A stretch of 28,240 bases of DNA, taken from the NCBI GenBank assembly GCA_050298055.1, contig JBNKTL010000058.1:1-28240 (forward strand), written 5' to 3'. Numbering within the stretch: position 1 is the stretch's first letter; each line of letters begins with the position of its first letter. The DNA is from Spirochaetota bacterium. GTDB taxonomy: Bacteria > Spirochaetota > UBA4802 > UBA5550. The translations under genes and the position numbers were made by a program. Shown in pieces: positions 17,239 to 27,477 of this stretch. The notes beneath the pieces were generated by a model. That model was not told the origin of the DNA. It saw only the letters and a program-made list of their open reading frames with translations, and did no database searches.

Positions 17239-17266
17239 GAGCTGTTAAAGGACACTTTAACAGCTC
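17239..17266 (+). terminator. Stem-loop after the six-Cys gene (possible terminator, no U-tract)
   Basis: Perfect 12-bp stem GAGCTGTTAAAG-GACA-CTTTAACAGCTC. Confidence 0.5.
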
Positions 17267-17270
17267 CTGG

Positions 17271-17299
17271 TTGACAGATAAAACCAGTTAAGTTATTAT
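17271..17299 (+). promoter_or_regulatory. Sigma-70-type promoter of the GH13_18 gene
   Basis: TTGACA, 17 nt spacer, TATTAT. Confidence 0.65.
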
Positions 17300-17354
17300 A
17301 TCCCCGGAAAATCCATAAAAAATTTTTTAACAATGACTATCTGGAGATTTCTTT

Positions 17355-19193
17355 TTGAGTTACAGACCCTCACAGTTCCATATGCTGGAAGCTGATTTCA
17401 GCCGCCCCCTGTTTAGAATAAAGGCAAAATTCAGGGATTCTCTCAGGGAAAAGCTGTCAAAATTATACGGTAAGCATAAGGCCGAAAGGATCCTTCCTGA
17501 GTTTGAAAGGATCATCCAGGTTTATTACGCATACAAGACCGAAAAGATGATCCACTGGGAGAAAGATTTCAGGCCTGAAGACCGGTTCACACAGAAGGAT
17601 GCCGTGCTGATAACCTACGGCGACCTTATCAAGGACAGGCTGGAGAAACCTCTTGAAACACTGGAAAAGATATGCGAAGGTTACTTTAAGGATGCCTTTA
17701 ATACAATCCATATACTCCCCTTTTTCCCCTACTCATCCGACAGGGGCTTTGCCGTAATCGACTTCCGGCAGGTGGACCCCAATCTCGGCAGATGGGATGA
17801 TATTAACAGGATGCATGACCATTTCAGGCTGATGTTTGACGGTGTATTCAACCATATATCCTCAAAAAGCTACTGGTTCCAGGAATTTCTCAACGGCAAT
17901 CCCGACTACGCGGATTTTTTTACAACCTATTCCGAAAAAAGAAAAGTTCCTGAGAAAAAGCTGAGCAAACTGTTGAGGCCACGAACTTCAGAAGTGCTCA
18001 CAAAATACACTACATACAGGGGGGGAAAGTACGTCTGGACCACATTCAGTCCTGACCAGGTTGACCTGAAGTTTCAGAACCCCAAGGTGCTTCTTAAAAT
18101 GACCGAGATCATGCTCTACTATGTAAGGAGAGGGGCCGACATGGTACGTCTGGACGCTGTCACCTTCCTCTGGGATGAACCGGGGACCAGCGGGGCCCAT
18201 CTCTGGCAGACACACCTGATAATAAAAATGCTCAGGGAAATACTTGACCAGGTGGCGCCCCACGTGGCGATAATCACTGAAACCAATGTCCCCCATGCGG
18301 ATAATATAAGCTACTTTGGGAACGGTTCCGATGAAGCCCAGATGGTCTACAACTTTGCCCTCCCTCCCCTCATTCTTCACACAATACTCACCGGGGACTG
18401 CAGCAGGTTGTCAGACTGGGCCGGGAAACTTGTCAATCCCTCTGAAACCACAACTTTCTTCAACTTCCTGGACAGTCATGACGGTATCGGAGTTCTGGGA
18501 GTAAAAGGAATACTTACCGATAATGAGATAGAGCAGCTCGGATCAAAGACCGAAGAACACGGGGGATTGCTTTCATATAAAAAGGAACCTGACGGGAGCG
18601 AAAGTCTCTATGAGCTGAATATTACTTCCTACAGCGCCATGAACAGGGAAAATTCCGGTGAATCTGTCGACATCCAGAACAGGAGATACATTGCGGCCCG
18701 TTCGATTCCCCTGGCACTTATAGGCGTACCGGGAGTTTACCTTCACGGGCTGCTTGGATCAAAAAATGATATTGATACCGTTAAAAACGGGGAGGAGAAG
18801 AGAAGCATAAACAGGGTAATCCTCTCCAAGAAGAGGCTGATTGAACAGTTTCAGGACCCTACAACCTCAGCAAGTGTCATTTCAAGCCGGATATCATTTA
18901 TGATCTCAAAGCGCGCCGAAGAAAAGGCATTCCATCCCCGGTCATCACAGAAGGTACTCTTTCTCTCTCACAAGGTCTTTTCACTGATACGAAAATCATC
19001 CGATGGAAAAGAGAGAGTTCTTACCCTTACGAACATATCTGATAACAACCAGGAAATCCAGGTCCCGCTGGAACTTCTGGAAGGGGAGACCGGTAAATTC
19101 AGAGACATCTTCACGGGCAAAACTTTTACCGGAAAGAACGGCAGGCTCACAATTATCCTTGAACCATACAGGGTTTACTGGTTGAAATATTAG
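17355..19193 (+). CDS. GH13_18 sucrose-phosphorylase-family enzyme, probably glucosylglycerate phosphorylase
   Basis: LITYGD, HILPFFPYSSDRGF, WTTFSPDQVDL, RLDAV nucleophile, ITETNVPH, SHDGIG, YELN, RSINR; SD GGAG with TTG start. Confidence 0.88.
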   Translation: MSYRPSQFHMLEADFSRPLFRIKAKFRDSLREKLSKLYGKHKAERILPEFERIIQVYYAYKTEKMIHWEKDFRPEDRFTQKDAVLITYGDLIKDRLEKPLETLEKICEGYFKDAFNTIHILPFFPYSSDRGFAVIDFRQVDPNLGRWDDINRMHDHFRLMFDGVFNHISSKSYWFQEFLNGNPDYADFFTTYSEKRKVPEKKLSKLLRPRTSEVLTKYTTYRGGKYVWTTFSPDQVDLKFQNPKVLLKMTEIMLYYVRRGADMVRLDAVTFLWDEPGTSGAHLWQTHLIIKMLREILDQVAPHVAIITETNVPHADNISYFGNGSDEAQMVYNFALPPLILHTILTGDCSRLSDWAGKLVNPSETTTFFNFLDSHDGIGVLGVKGILTDNEIEQLGSKTEEHGGLLSYKKEPDGSESLYELNITSYSAMNRENSGESVDIQNRRYIAARSIPLALIGVPGVYLHGLLGSKNDIDTVKNGEEKRSINRVILSKKRLIEQFQDPTTSASVISSRISFMISKRAEEKAFHPRSSQKVLFLSHKVFSLIRKSSDGKERVLTLTNISDNNQEIQVPLELLEGETGKFRDIFTGKTFTGKNGRLTIILEPYRVYWLKY

Positions 19194-19327
19194 GTTATTG
19201 CCCAGCTATATGGCAATATATATATTTAATTGAATATCAACAATGTATCCCCGCCGCCGAAGGCGGCGGGGATACATCAGTAATTTTTTTGTTAAAATGT
19301 CATTTTTATACATAACCAAGTAGTTAC
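19194..19327 (-). mobile_element. MITE-like element copy F
   Basis: GTTATTGCCCAGCTATATGGC end, perfect 16-bp hairpin ATGTATCCCCGCCGCC-GAA-GGCGGCGGGGATACAT (19243-19277), TACATAACCAAGTAGTTAC end. Confidence 0.75.
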
Positions 19328-19387
19328 AATATTAATATGTGCCAACTATAATTATATTCTAATAAATATACCGGGAATAGATAGTCT

Positions 19388-20344
19388 ATGAATATTCTTC
19401 TTGAAATACTCTTACTCATCACAGGATTTATCGTACTTATTAAATCTGCGGACCTGTTCGTTGACGGCGCATCGGCACTTGCCATGAAACTGAATGTTCC
19501 CGAAATTGTCATCGGGCTTACTATCGTCGCCTTCGGGACATCAGCCCCGGAACTCTTTGTAAATGTTTTTTCCGCTCTCAACGGAGAGACCGATATAGCC
19601 CTGGGAAATGTCATCGGCAGTAATATCATGAACATTCTGCTGATCCTGGGGGTTGCAGGATTAATAACCCCCCTTACCTGCGAAAAGAACACAGTCTGGA
19701 AGGAGATACCCTTTTCTCTCCTGGCTGCGCTTGTTCTCTTTATTATCTCCAATGACATGCTTATTGATGGTTACAGCAGCATGGTGACACGAAGCGACGG
19801 AATGATCCTCCTCCTCTTCTTCGCCATATTCCTGATCTACACCTTTGGTATAGACAATGTGAGCATGCGGGAGAACCCGGAAATAAAACCGCTTTCCTCT
19901 TTTATGCTGCCGGCCTATATCATAGCCGGTTTTACGGGGCTTGGCGCCGGCGGGAACCTCGTTGTAAACAGCGCCGTTGCAATCGCCGAAGCTGCAGGCA
20001 TCAGCAGCAGGATAATCGGACTCACTGTGGTTGCAGTGGGCACATCTCTCCCGGAACTGGTCACATCGGCTATTGCCGCATATAAAGGGAGGACCGAACT
20101 TGCCATCGGAAATGTTGTGGGCTCAAATATATTCAACATTCTCCTTGTTCTGGGGATCACCTCTATTGTATCACCGATACCGGTCACAAAAAAAGTCAAT
20201 GTGGAACTGTCGGTATTAATAGTGGCATCACTCCTTCTCTTCCTTACCATGTTTACCGGGGGAAAAAGAAAGCTGGACAGGTGGGAGGCGGGTATTTTCC
20301 TGCTTCTTTTTCTTCTCTACACACTTGCGTTGATCTTTTTCTGA
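19388..20344 (+). CDS. Calcium/sodium antiporter (CaCA, YrbG family)
   Basis: Two alpha repeats GLTIVAFGTSAPE...GNVIGSNIMN and GLTVVAVGTSLPE...GNVVGSNIFN; about 10 TM segments. Confidence 0.95.
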   Translation: MNILLEILLLITGFIVLIKSADLFVDGASALAMKLNVPEIVIGLTIVAFGTSAPELFVNVFSALNGETDIALGNVIGSNIMNILLILGVAGLITPLTCEKNTVWKEIPFSLLAALVLFIISNDMLIDGYSSMVTRSDGMILLLFFAIFLIYTFGIDNVSMRENPEIKPLSSFMLPAYIIAGFTGLGAGGNLVVNSAVAIAEAAGISSRIIGLTVVAVGTSLPELVTSAIAAYKGRTELAIGNVVGSNIFNILLVLGITSIVSPIPVTKKVNVELSVLIVASLLLFLTMFTGGKRKLDRWEAGIFLLLFLLYTLALIFF

Positions 20345-20351
20345 AAGTATC

Positions 20352-20380
20352 GAGATGAGCCACGCTTCGCTCGCTGTGAC
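20352..20380. repeat. Solo REP-like imperfect hairpin between convergent genes
   Basis: Minus strand reads GTCACAGCGAGCGAAGCGTGGCTCATCTC, with a GTCA head and GCGAAGCG loop like the cores of copies A and H. Confidence 0.5.
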
Positions 20381-20393
20381 AATAATACGCTAC

Positions 20394-21428
20394 CTATGTA
20401 AAGTACTTCCCCTCATTCTCATAGTAATCGTATATATTTTCCACAGGTTCCCTCTCTCCCTCATTCTCATCAAGGCTCGCAATGTTGAAGAGGGCATCCC
20501 CTTTATAAACAAGGGGCAGCCGGGTTTTCCCGATGACAACTCCCGCGTACTGTGAATAAATGGTTTCAAGTGTATCCCCGAAGGGGTCCGATATTATGCC
20601 CATAATGTCTCCCCGGGAGATCATGTCACCCAGCTTGATCCGCGTATTGAAAATACCTGAGAGCTCTGCCCTGACCCAGTAACTGGACATGGCTATTACC
20701 GGTTCAACCTGCTCCCGTTTGTTCCCCTTTGGTTCCGGGATCATTCCGATAAATCTCATGACCGATATAATCCCCCTGATCCCTGCCCTGATGGCGTTCT
20801 CATCATACCTCAGGGCCTCACCCGATTCATAGAGAAGCATGGGGATATCCAGTTCATTAACGGCCTGTCTCAGGGAACCGTCCTTTATATTTGAATTGAT
20901 AATTATGGGTGCTCCGAAAGATTTTGCCATGCTGAGAGTGTCTTCACGGTCCAGGGACGCCCTTATCTGCGGAAGGTTGATCCTGTGGTTGGACCCCGTG
21001 TGGAGGTCAATCCCATGGGTCGCGTTTGCAACGATCTCTTTCATGAAAATCGACGCGAGCTGGGAAGCAAGGGAACCGGTCTTTGACCCGGGGAAAAACC
21101 TGTTGAGGTCCCTCCTGTCGGGAAGGTACCTTGACCTGTTGATAAAACCGTAGACGTTAACCACGGGGACCGCTATGAGGGAACCCCGTATCTTTTTCAG
21201 AAGTCTGTTGCCAAGGAGCCTGCGGATTATTTCCGAACCCAGGATCTCATCCCCGTGAACGGCCGCGGAAATGAAAAGGACCGGGCCCTCTTTATTCCCC
21301 CTGATCACGTAAACAGGCATATTGATATCAGTATGCGTATAGAGACGTGCCACAGGGATGTTGATGGTTATCCGCGAACCGGGTATTACGGATACGCCGT
21401 TTATCATAAAATCAGAATGGCTCTCCAT
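20394..21428 (-). CDS. Succinylglutamate desuccinylase/aspartoacylase (M14) family protein
   Basis: AAVHGDE, RRDLNRFFPGS, IDLHTG, DGSLR, YESGEALR, C-terminal barrel-sandwich domain. Confidence 0.92.
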   Translation of the reverse strand: MESHSDFMINGVSVIPGSRITINIPVARLYTHTDINMPVYVIRGNKEGPVLFISAAVHGDEILGSEIIRRLLGNRLLKKIRGSLIAVPVVNVYGFINRSRYLPDRRDLNRFFPGSKTGSLASQLASIFMKEIVANATHGIDLHTGSNHRINLPQIRASLDREDTLSMAKSFGAPIIINSNIKDGSLRQAVNELDIPMLLYESGEALRYDENAIRAGIRGIISVMRFIGMIPEPKGNKREQVEPVIAMSSYWVRAELSGIFNTRIKLGDMISRGDIMGIISDPFGDTLETIYSQYAGVVIGKTRLPLVYKGDALFNIASLDENEGEREPVENIYDYYENEGKYFT

Positions 21429-21430
21429 GA

Positions 21431-22336
21431 TCAGCCTTTACCCCGTGTCTTTGTTTTACCGAAACGGGCATTTTTTTCTACGAACCCGATGATCTTTTCG
21501 GCGATATTCTTTCCGGTAGATGTCTCAATACCCTTGAGGCCCGGGGAGGAGTTTACTTCAATGACAAGGGGGCCTTTATTGCTTCTCAGGAGGTCCACAC
21601 CGGCAACATTAAGTCCCATGATCCGGGCCGCATCCACAGCAGTTTTTCTCTCTTCGGGAGTGATCTTTATCTTTTTTGATTCCCCGCCCCTGTGAAGGTT
21701 GGACCTGAACTCACCCTCCTGCCCCTTCCGTAACATGGAACCCACAACGCGGTCACCCACAACCAGGCACCGAATATCCTCGCCCCCTGATTCCTTGACA
21801 AATTCCTGGACAAGGAAGTGCGCCTTGAGCCCCCTGAAAGCCTCAACAACGCTCTGGGCCGCCTTCTTCGTTTCAGCCAGGACAACCCCTATCCCCTGGG
21901 TCCCCTGAAGAAGCTTTACAACCAGGGGCACACCTCCCACCATTTTGATAAGGTCCTCGGAATAGAAGGTCTTGTGGGCAAAGCCGGTGTTGGGGATCCC
22001 GATCCCTCTCCGGGAGAGGAGCTGCAGACTCCTGAGCTTATCACGGGAACGGCTTATCGCAACCGATTCATTGACCGCATAAACACCCATCATCTCGAAC
22101 TGCCTCACAACCGCCGTGCCGTAAAATGTTATGGAAGAGCCAATCCTCGGTATTATGGCGTCAAAATCCTCAAGAGTTTCCCCCTTATAGTGTATTGAAG
22201 GCCTTTCAGAGGAGATGTTGATATAACAGAGAAGGGTATCAATCACATGCATTTCATGCCCCCTCCTGACACCCTCCTCGAACATTCTGCTTGTCGAGTA
22301 GTATTCGGGACTTCTCGAAAGTATGCCGATTTTCAT
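21431..22336 (-). CDS. rimK: Alpha-L-glutamate ligase RimK
   Basis: [66 protein letters not shown]. Confidence 0.96.
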   Translation of the reverse strand: MKIGILSRSPEYYSTSRMFEEGVRRGHEMHVIDTLLCYINISSERPSIHYKGETLEDFDAIIPRIGSSITFYGTAVVRQFEMMGVYAVNESVAISRSRDKLRSLQLLSRRGIGIPNTGFAHKTFYSEDLIKMVGGVPLVVKLLQGTQGIGVVLAETKKAAQSVVEAFRGLKAHFLVQEFVKESGGEDIRCLVVGDRVVGSMLRKGQEGEFRSNLHRGGESKKIKITPEERKTAVDAARIMGLNVAGVDLLRSNKGPLVIEVNSSPGLKGIETSTGKNIAEKIIGFVEKNARFGKTKTRGKG

Positions 22337-22821
22337 TATTCTGCTCTCCCTGGTATATTATCGTAGGAACGGGAAAACACTCTCCCGGTCAGATACTGCC
22401 TTTTGGGATCAATAATGACCTTTCCCGCAAGGGCCTCCCTCCCCAGGAGCATCCTGAACCTCATCCCTTCCCTGTTTGTGAGGGTGACATCTATCTCCCA
22501 TCTCCTCTCACCCATGACAAGATCGGTCCTGATAAAATAACGCATCTCCGACTTCCCCCCCGAATCGGTGACCTTCTTCTCATCAATGATCTCGGTTAAG
22601 CAGTCAATAAAGATCTTCCTGTTATTATAAAGAGGATAGACCGTGAACCTGGCATATCTCTTCCCCTTCTTGTTTATCACTTCTATGTTGGAAGCGTGTA
22701 TGGAGGATGTCCGCGCCCCGGTATCGATCTTCGCCTTAATACCGGGAATTGCGAGGCTTGGCAGCGAGACCCACTCTCTCCAGCCCACAGGTGTTTTCTC
22801 AATAAGATTTTTCTTTTTCAT
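22336..22821 (-). CDS. RimK-associated retropepsin-like protease (RimB / 'ATP-dependent Zn protease' family)
   Basis: [42 protein letters not shown]; 1-nt overlap with rimK. Confidence 0.92.
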   Translation of the reverse strand: MKKKNLIEKTPVGWREWVSLPSLAIPGIKAKIDTGARTSSIHASNIEVINKKGKRYARFTVYPLYNNRKIFIDCLTEIIDEKKVTDSGGKSEMRYFIRTDLVMGERRWEIDVTLTNREGMRFRMLLGREALAGKVIIDPKRQYLTGRVFSRSYDNIPGRAE

Positions 22822-22842
22822 TGCGGATAATCCAAAAAGTCA

Positions 22843-23802
22843 TCAGAGTTCGATGACCATCCCCTCGTAGGCAATATCAACCCGGAGATTCCCCTGCAGC
22901 TTCTTGCTGTTCATGTAAAGGTATGTCCTGGCATTGGAGAGGAGATTGTCAAGTTTCTCATCACTGTATTCCGGTTCATGGTGGAAAAGGACCAGTCTCT
23001 TCACATTGAACTTTCCCGCGATATCAATTGCAATTGAAGCGGAAGAGTGCCCGTAATCGAACTTTTCGAATGACTCCTGGAAGGTATACTGGGTATCAAA
23101 AACCACAACATCGGCATTGGCGAAAAGCTGCAGGTAATCATCAATTTCATCAAGAACATTAATGTTAAACTCGCAATCACTTGAGTAGACAAAGGACTTG
23201 CCGTTCTCCTCGAACCTCATGCCGTAAGCATTTCCCGGATGCGGCATGCACTTGGTCACCACCTTTATGTCATTGAGATAAAGCTCCTCGTTGTCACCAA
23301 AGAGAAAGAACTCCTTGGTGGCCTTCATATAATCCAGGTCAACGGGAAAATGGGTGGACACCTGCTGGTATTCCAGTCTCTCCCTCAGGTCCTTGATGGT
23401 TGAATAAAAATTAAACCTGTTGCCCGGGATGTAAAAGGGGACAAAAAAAGGTATTCCCTGCACATGGTCCCAGTGTGTATGTGTCAGGAAGATATTGGCA
23501 ATCCCCTTCCCCTTTCCGAAATCTTCCTTCATGAGAGACATCCCGAGATTTTTCAAACCGGAACCGCAGTCAATAATGATAACATCATCCGCATCCGACC
23601 TCAACTCAAGGCAGGTCGTGTTCCCTCCGTATGTGCTCCTCACTGAAAAGGGAAGAGTGTCAATAAACGCGTCAACCGATTCCTCCGAGGAGAGGTCCCC
23701 CGGTTTTGCCATTGTCAATGCCTTCTTTATTTTCCCCCTGATTGCATTTGATGATACAGGCGTGGGGATCGAGCCCCTTACACCCCAGAGTTTTATCTTC
23801 AT
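22843..23802 (-). CDS. MBL-fold metallo-hydrolase (RNase Z / cyclic-nucleotide phosphodiesterase-like)
   Basis: Likely start MKIKLWGVRGSIPTP at 23802; YGGNTTC, THTHWDHVQG, GHSS, LFHHEP. Confidence 0.9.
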   Translation of the reverse strand: MKIKLWGVRGSIPTPVSSNAIRGKIKKALTMAKPGDLSSEESVDAFIDTLPFSVRSTYGGNTTCLELRSDADDVIIIDCGSGLKNLGMSLMKEDFGKGKGIANIFLTHTHWDHVQGIPFFVPFYIPGNRFNFYSTIKDLRERLEYQQVSTHFPVDLDYMKATKEFFLFGDNEELYLNDIKVVTKCMPHPGNAYGMRFEENGKSFVYSSDCEFNINVLDEIDDYLQLFANADVVVFDTQYTFQESFEKFDYGHSSASIAIDIAGKFNVKRLVLFHHEPEYSDEKLDNLLSNARTYLYMNSKKLQGNLRVDIAYEGMVIEL

Positions 23803-23960
23803 AGAAAGCTCCCGGTTTCGATACTGGATACAGATGAGAATATTTTTATTCATGTTACTCTCTTTTACAATAAAAAAACTTGACATGAGAAAAATATTAT
23901 TATGATAAATTTATCGCAGATATTCAGGCTTAAAAAAAATAGATATGTTATGGTATTGCT

Positions 23961-25175
23961 ATGGATTTTTCAAAGAGAATAATGAAAGTCAAACCATCCC
24001 CGACCCTGGCAGTGACAGCACTTGCCAACTCCCTGAAGGCAAAGGGAATCGATATTATCGGATTCGGTTCCGGTGAACCCGATTTTGACACGCCAAGGTC
24101 CATCAAGGACGCGGCAATCAGGGCTATAGAGGCCGGCAAGACAAAGTATACTGCCGCCGGAGGCCTTCCCGATCTGAAAAAAGCCGTAGTGGATAAATTT
24201 ATGAGAGACAACAGGCTTGAATATAAGCTCTCCGAGGTAACAATAAACTGCGGGGGCAAGCACTCCTTTTTTAACCTGATGCAGGTCATGCTCAATGAAG
24301 GAGATGAAGTGATAATCCCCGCCCCTTACTGGGTTTCATATCCTTCTATCGTCATGCTCGGGGGGGGCGAACCGGTCATAATCGATACTGATAACGAAAG
24401 CGGATTCAAGATAACTCCCCGGCAGCTTGAAGAAAAAATTACAAAAAAAACCCGGGCCGTTGTATTGAATTCACCCTCCAATCCAACAGGCGCCGCATAC
24501 AGTAAAAAAGAGATAGAGGCGCTGGGAGAGGTGCTCGAGGATAAGGATCTGTATATTATTTCAGATGATATTTATGAATCTATTATCTATGACGGATTTG
24601 AATTCTCCAATATCGCAAATGTATCAAAAAAGCTGAAGGAAAAGACAATAGTCCTGAACGGCGTGTCAAAGACCTACTCCATGACCGGCTGGCGCATCGG
24701 CTACATGGCGGGAGATGAATCTATAATCAGCAAGACCGAGACCCTGCAGAGCCAGTCCACCTCAAATCCCACTTCAATTTCTCAGTGGGCGGCCATTGAA
24801 GCCCTCAACGGTGACCAGTCAGTTGTTAATGAGATGGTAGAAGCATTCACACGCAGGAGAAAGATGATCGTTGAAAACCTCAGCAGGATACCCGGCTGCA
24901 ATTGCCTCAATCCCGACGGCGCCTTCTACGTCTTCCCGAACTTCAGGGAACTCTTCCAGTCGGACAGTTGGAAAAAGCTCCCGGCAAAATATGACAGCGA
25001 GTTCAACTCCTCAAATCTCAGTTCATACCTGCTGGAGGTGGCAAACGTGGCCGTGGTCCCGGGAGTGGCCTTCGGAAATGATGAAAATATCAGAATGTCC
25101 TTTGCCACATCCGACAAAAACATTGAGGAAGGAGTAAAACGGATCAAGGAGGCCGTTGAACAGCTGGCCCAGTGA
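23961..25175 (+). CDS. aspC: PLP-dependent class I aminotransferase (aspartate aminotransferase-like)
   Basis: GEPDFDTP, PAPYWVSY, NSPSNPTG, SDDIY, SKTYSMTGWRIGY, GAFYVFP. Confidence 0.92.
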   Translation: MDFSKRIMKVKPSPTLAVTALANSLKAKGIDIIGFGSGEPDFDTPRSIKDAAIRAIEAGKTKYTAAGGLPDLKKAVVDKFMRDNRLEYKLSEVTINCGGKHSFFNLMQVMLNEGDEVIIPAPYWVSYPSIVMLGGGEPVIIDTDNESGFKITPRQLEEKITKKTRAVVLNSPSNPTGAAYSKKEIEALGEVLEDKDLYIISDDIYESIIYDGFEFSNIANVSKKLKEKTIVLNGVSKTYSMTGWRIGYMAGDESIISKTETLQSQSTSNPTSISQWAAIEALNGDQSVVNEMVEAFTRRRKMIVENLSRIPGCNCLNPDGAFYVFPNFRELFQSDSWKKLPAKYDSEFNSSNLSSYLLEVANVAVVPGVAFGNDENIRMSFATSDKNIEEGVKRIKEAVEQLAQ

Positions 25176-25268
25176 TGAGCCCGTGATTTTACACCAATAA
25201 GATTTTGCAACCCCTGGTTTATGCAGTAGCTATATTTTTGTAATTTTAAAAATCAAACCGTCGAAGTA

Positions 25269-25877
25269 CTAGACCGTTGAAATAAACCCTATCCCTGTAA
25301 TCAGCAGAAGAACAAAAACAAAAAAACCGATAATTCCCATAAACAGATAGGGAAAGATGAATATGACAAGGGACTTGCCAAACCCTGTTTTATGCATTTC
25401 CGAAACACCCTGTATGGCAATAAAAGCCGACCAGAGGAAGAGAGCAAATGAGAAAAACATATAGAAAAAGATAGGGGCAAAGTTTATCGTTTTAAAGATA
25501 TGCACCACCGGGAGAATCAGGACCCGGGGAAAGATCGAGTAGTTTAAAAGCGGTATCATCTGCCCTATCCTTCCCTCGAATCCCATTAACTGGGAAATAA
25601 GATCCATAAGTGATGCCGTTATGACATACCGCATGACAGCTATAAGGAGGAGGAGTATCCATCCGTATGTTACTTTATAATAAAAAAACCCGGTCTGCTG
25701 TCCCAGCAATGAAAGTGAAAGGATATCGGTAATAACGACAGCCGCGGGGACCAGGAAGCTCATTGCAAGGGGATTTACCTCCCTGGCGGCGATGCTCCTG
25801 TAGAGGGCCCGGGGATCAACAAGGGCATTGAAAAAAAAGTCAGTCCACCTGAGTGTTCTTGTAAGCCCCCCTGTCAT
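25269..25877 (-). CDS. Yip1-domain membrane protein
   Basis: About five hydrophobic segments, ALVDPRALY and GVSEMHKTGFGKS patterns; ATGA overlap with sppA. Confidence 0.7.
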   Translation of the reverse strand: MTGGLTRTLRWTDFFFNALVDPRALYRSIAAREVNPLAMSFLVPAAVVITDILSLSLLGQQTGFFYYKVTYGWILLLLIAVMRYVITASLMDLISQLMGFEGRIGQMIPLLNYSIFPRVLILPVVHIFKTINFAPIFFYMFFSFALFLWSAFIAIQGVSEMHKTGFGKSLVIFIFPYLFMGIIGFFVFVLLLITGIGFISTV

Positions 25878-26824
25878 GGCACATACCTGTATTCCAGACG
25901 GTAGCCGGGATTTGCCCCGGTACTGCCGGTAATCTTTTTATATCCGTCAAAAAACTCTTCAAGTGAGAGCAGGAACTGTTCAAGGGGCGTTCTTATATCG
26001 TCATAGATGGGAGAGTCCTCATCCAGTTTGGCGATCTCCCTGGCGCGGTCAACAGCATCCTCGAAGGTCCCTAACTTATCAACGAGCTTATGTTCAAGGG
26101 CCTCCTCACCTATCATAATCCGGCCGTCGGCATAGGGTTCGATATCGGACTGGTTCCGGCTTCTTCCCAGGGCAACGTCCCTGAGAAATTTTTTGTAGGA
26201 GGAATTTATTATCCTCTGAAGAAGCGCGGCTTCATCCCTGGATATGTCCCTGTAGTTTGAGAATATGTCCTTATACCTGCCGCTCTTTATCACATTCATT
26301 TTTATACCCAGTTTATCAAAAAGGCCCTTGAGATTGGGGGATACTGCAATGACACCTATTGACCCGGTCAGCGTGCCATGGTTTGCCACAATAAGATTGC
26401 ACGCGGAAGCAACATAATATCCCCCTGAAGCGGCCACGTCGCCCAGTGAGGCAATGAGGGGGATATTCTGTTTCCTGAGACGCCAGAGCTTTTGATAGAT
26501 CTCCTGTGTTGCCGCAACTGTCCCGCCGGGTGAATTTATTCTCACAATCACGGCCTTGATGTTGCTGTTTCGGCTTAACTCATCGAGCCTTTTGATGATA
26601 TACTCAACACCCGATATCATACCGAATGTCGTGCTCCTTGAGGAAAAACCGATGGGGCCTTCTATGCGGACAATACCGATTCCCGGCCCGGCTTTTGGCA
26701 TCAGGACGGATATTTTTTTACGGGAATCCTCCTGTATCCTCATGCCGATATCAATGACCGCCATGAGTACCGATACAAGGAGCACTACAAGAATGGCGAT
26801 TAAGATCTTTCTGTTCCTGTCCAT
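25874..26824 (-). CDS. sppA: Signal peptide peptidase SppA (36K type, S49)
   Basis: RINSPGGTV, DVAASGGYY, TGSIGV, KSGRYKD, ADGRI, LVDKLG. Confidence 0.94.
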   Translation of the reverse strand: MDRNRKILIAILVVLLVSVLMAVIDIGMRIQEDSRKKISVLMPKAGPGIGIVRIEGPIGFSSRSTTFGMISGVEYIIKRLDELSRNSNIKAVIVRINSPGGTVAATQEIYQKLWRLRKQNIPLIASLGDVAASGGYYVASACNLIVANHGTLTGSIGVIAVSPNLKGLFDKLGIKMNVIKSGRYKDIFSNYRDISRDEAALLQRIINSSYKKFLRDVALGRSRNQSDIEPYADGRIMIGEEALEHKLVDKLGTFEDAVDRAREIAKLDEDSPIYDDIRTPLEQFLLSLEEFFDGYKKITGSTGANPGYRLEYRYVP

Positions 26825-26853
26825 TTGCGCCTTCCATTTATAATATTATCTAT

Positions 26854-27048
26854 AGTAACTACTCAGTTATGTCATAGAAACTAAAAAGTCCTGTCATCCC
26901 GGCCGAAGCGAAGTGAAGAGCCGGGATCCATGTTTAATGAGTAGTAAATTTTATATATTTACGACTATTTATCAAATACATGGATTCCCGTTTTCACGGG
27001 AATGACATTTAATATGAATCTTGTTAGCCATATAGCTGAGTAGTTACT
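26854..27048 (+). mobile_element. MITE-like element copy H, best preserved ends, double-hairpin core
   Basis: Perfect 13-bp terminal inverted repeat AGTAACTACTCAG / CTGAGTAGTTACT. Hairpins GTCATCCCGGCCGAAGCGAAGTGAAGAGCCGGGATCCA (26893-26930) and TGGATTCCCGTTTTCACGGGAATGAC (26981-27006). Confidence 0.8.
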
Positions 27049-27078
27049 TTAAATATATGTTTTACTATCAATAAAAGC

Positions 27079-27433
<355 letters not shown>

Positions 27434-27441
27434 CCGGTATT

Positions 27442-27470
27442 AATGTATATTATATGCCAATATTAGTAAA
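27442..27470 (-). promoter_or_regulatory. Putative sigma-70 promoter of rnpB
   Basis: Minus strand TTTACT, 17 nt spacer, TACATT, ending 8 nt before the P1 5' end. Confidence 0.5.
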
Positions 27471-27477
27471 GGAAAAA

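Noticed and set aside
23803..23886. N-terminal extension of the MBL hydrolase in the track
   Set aside because: The family-typical start MKIKLWGVRGS is at 23802, and the extension lies in the divergent promoter region.
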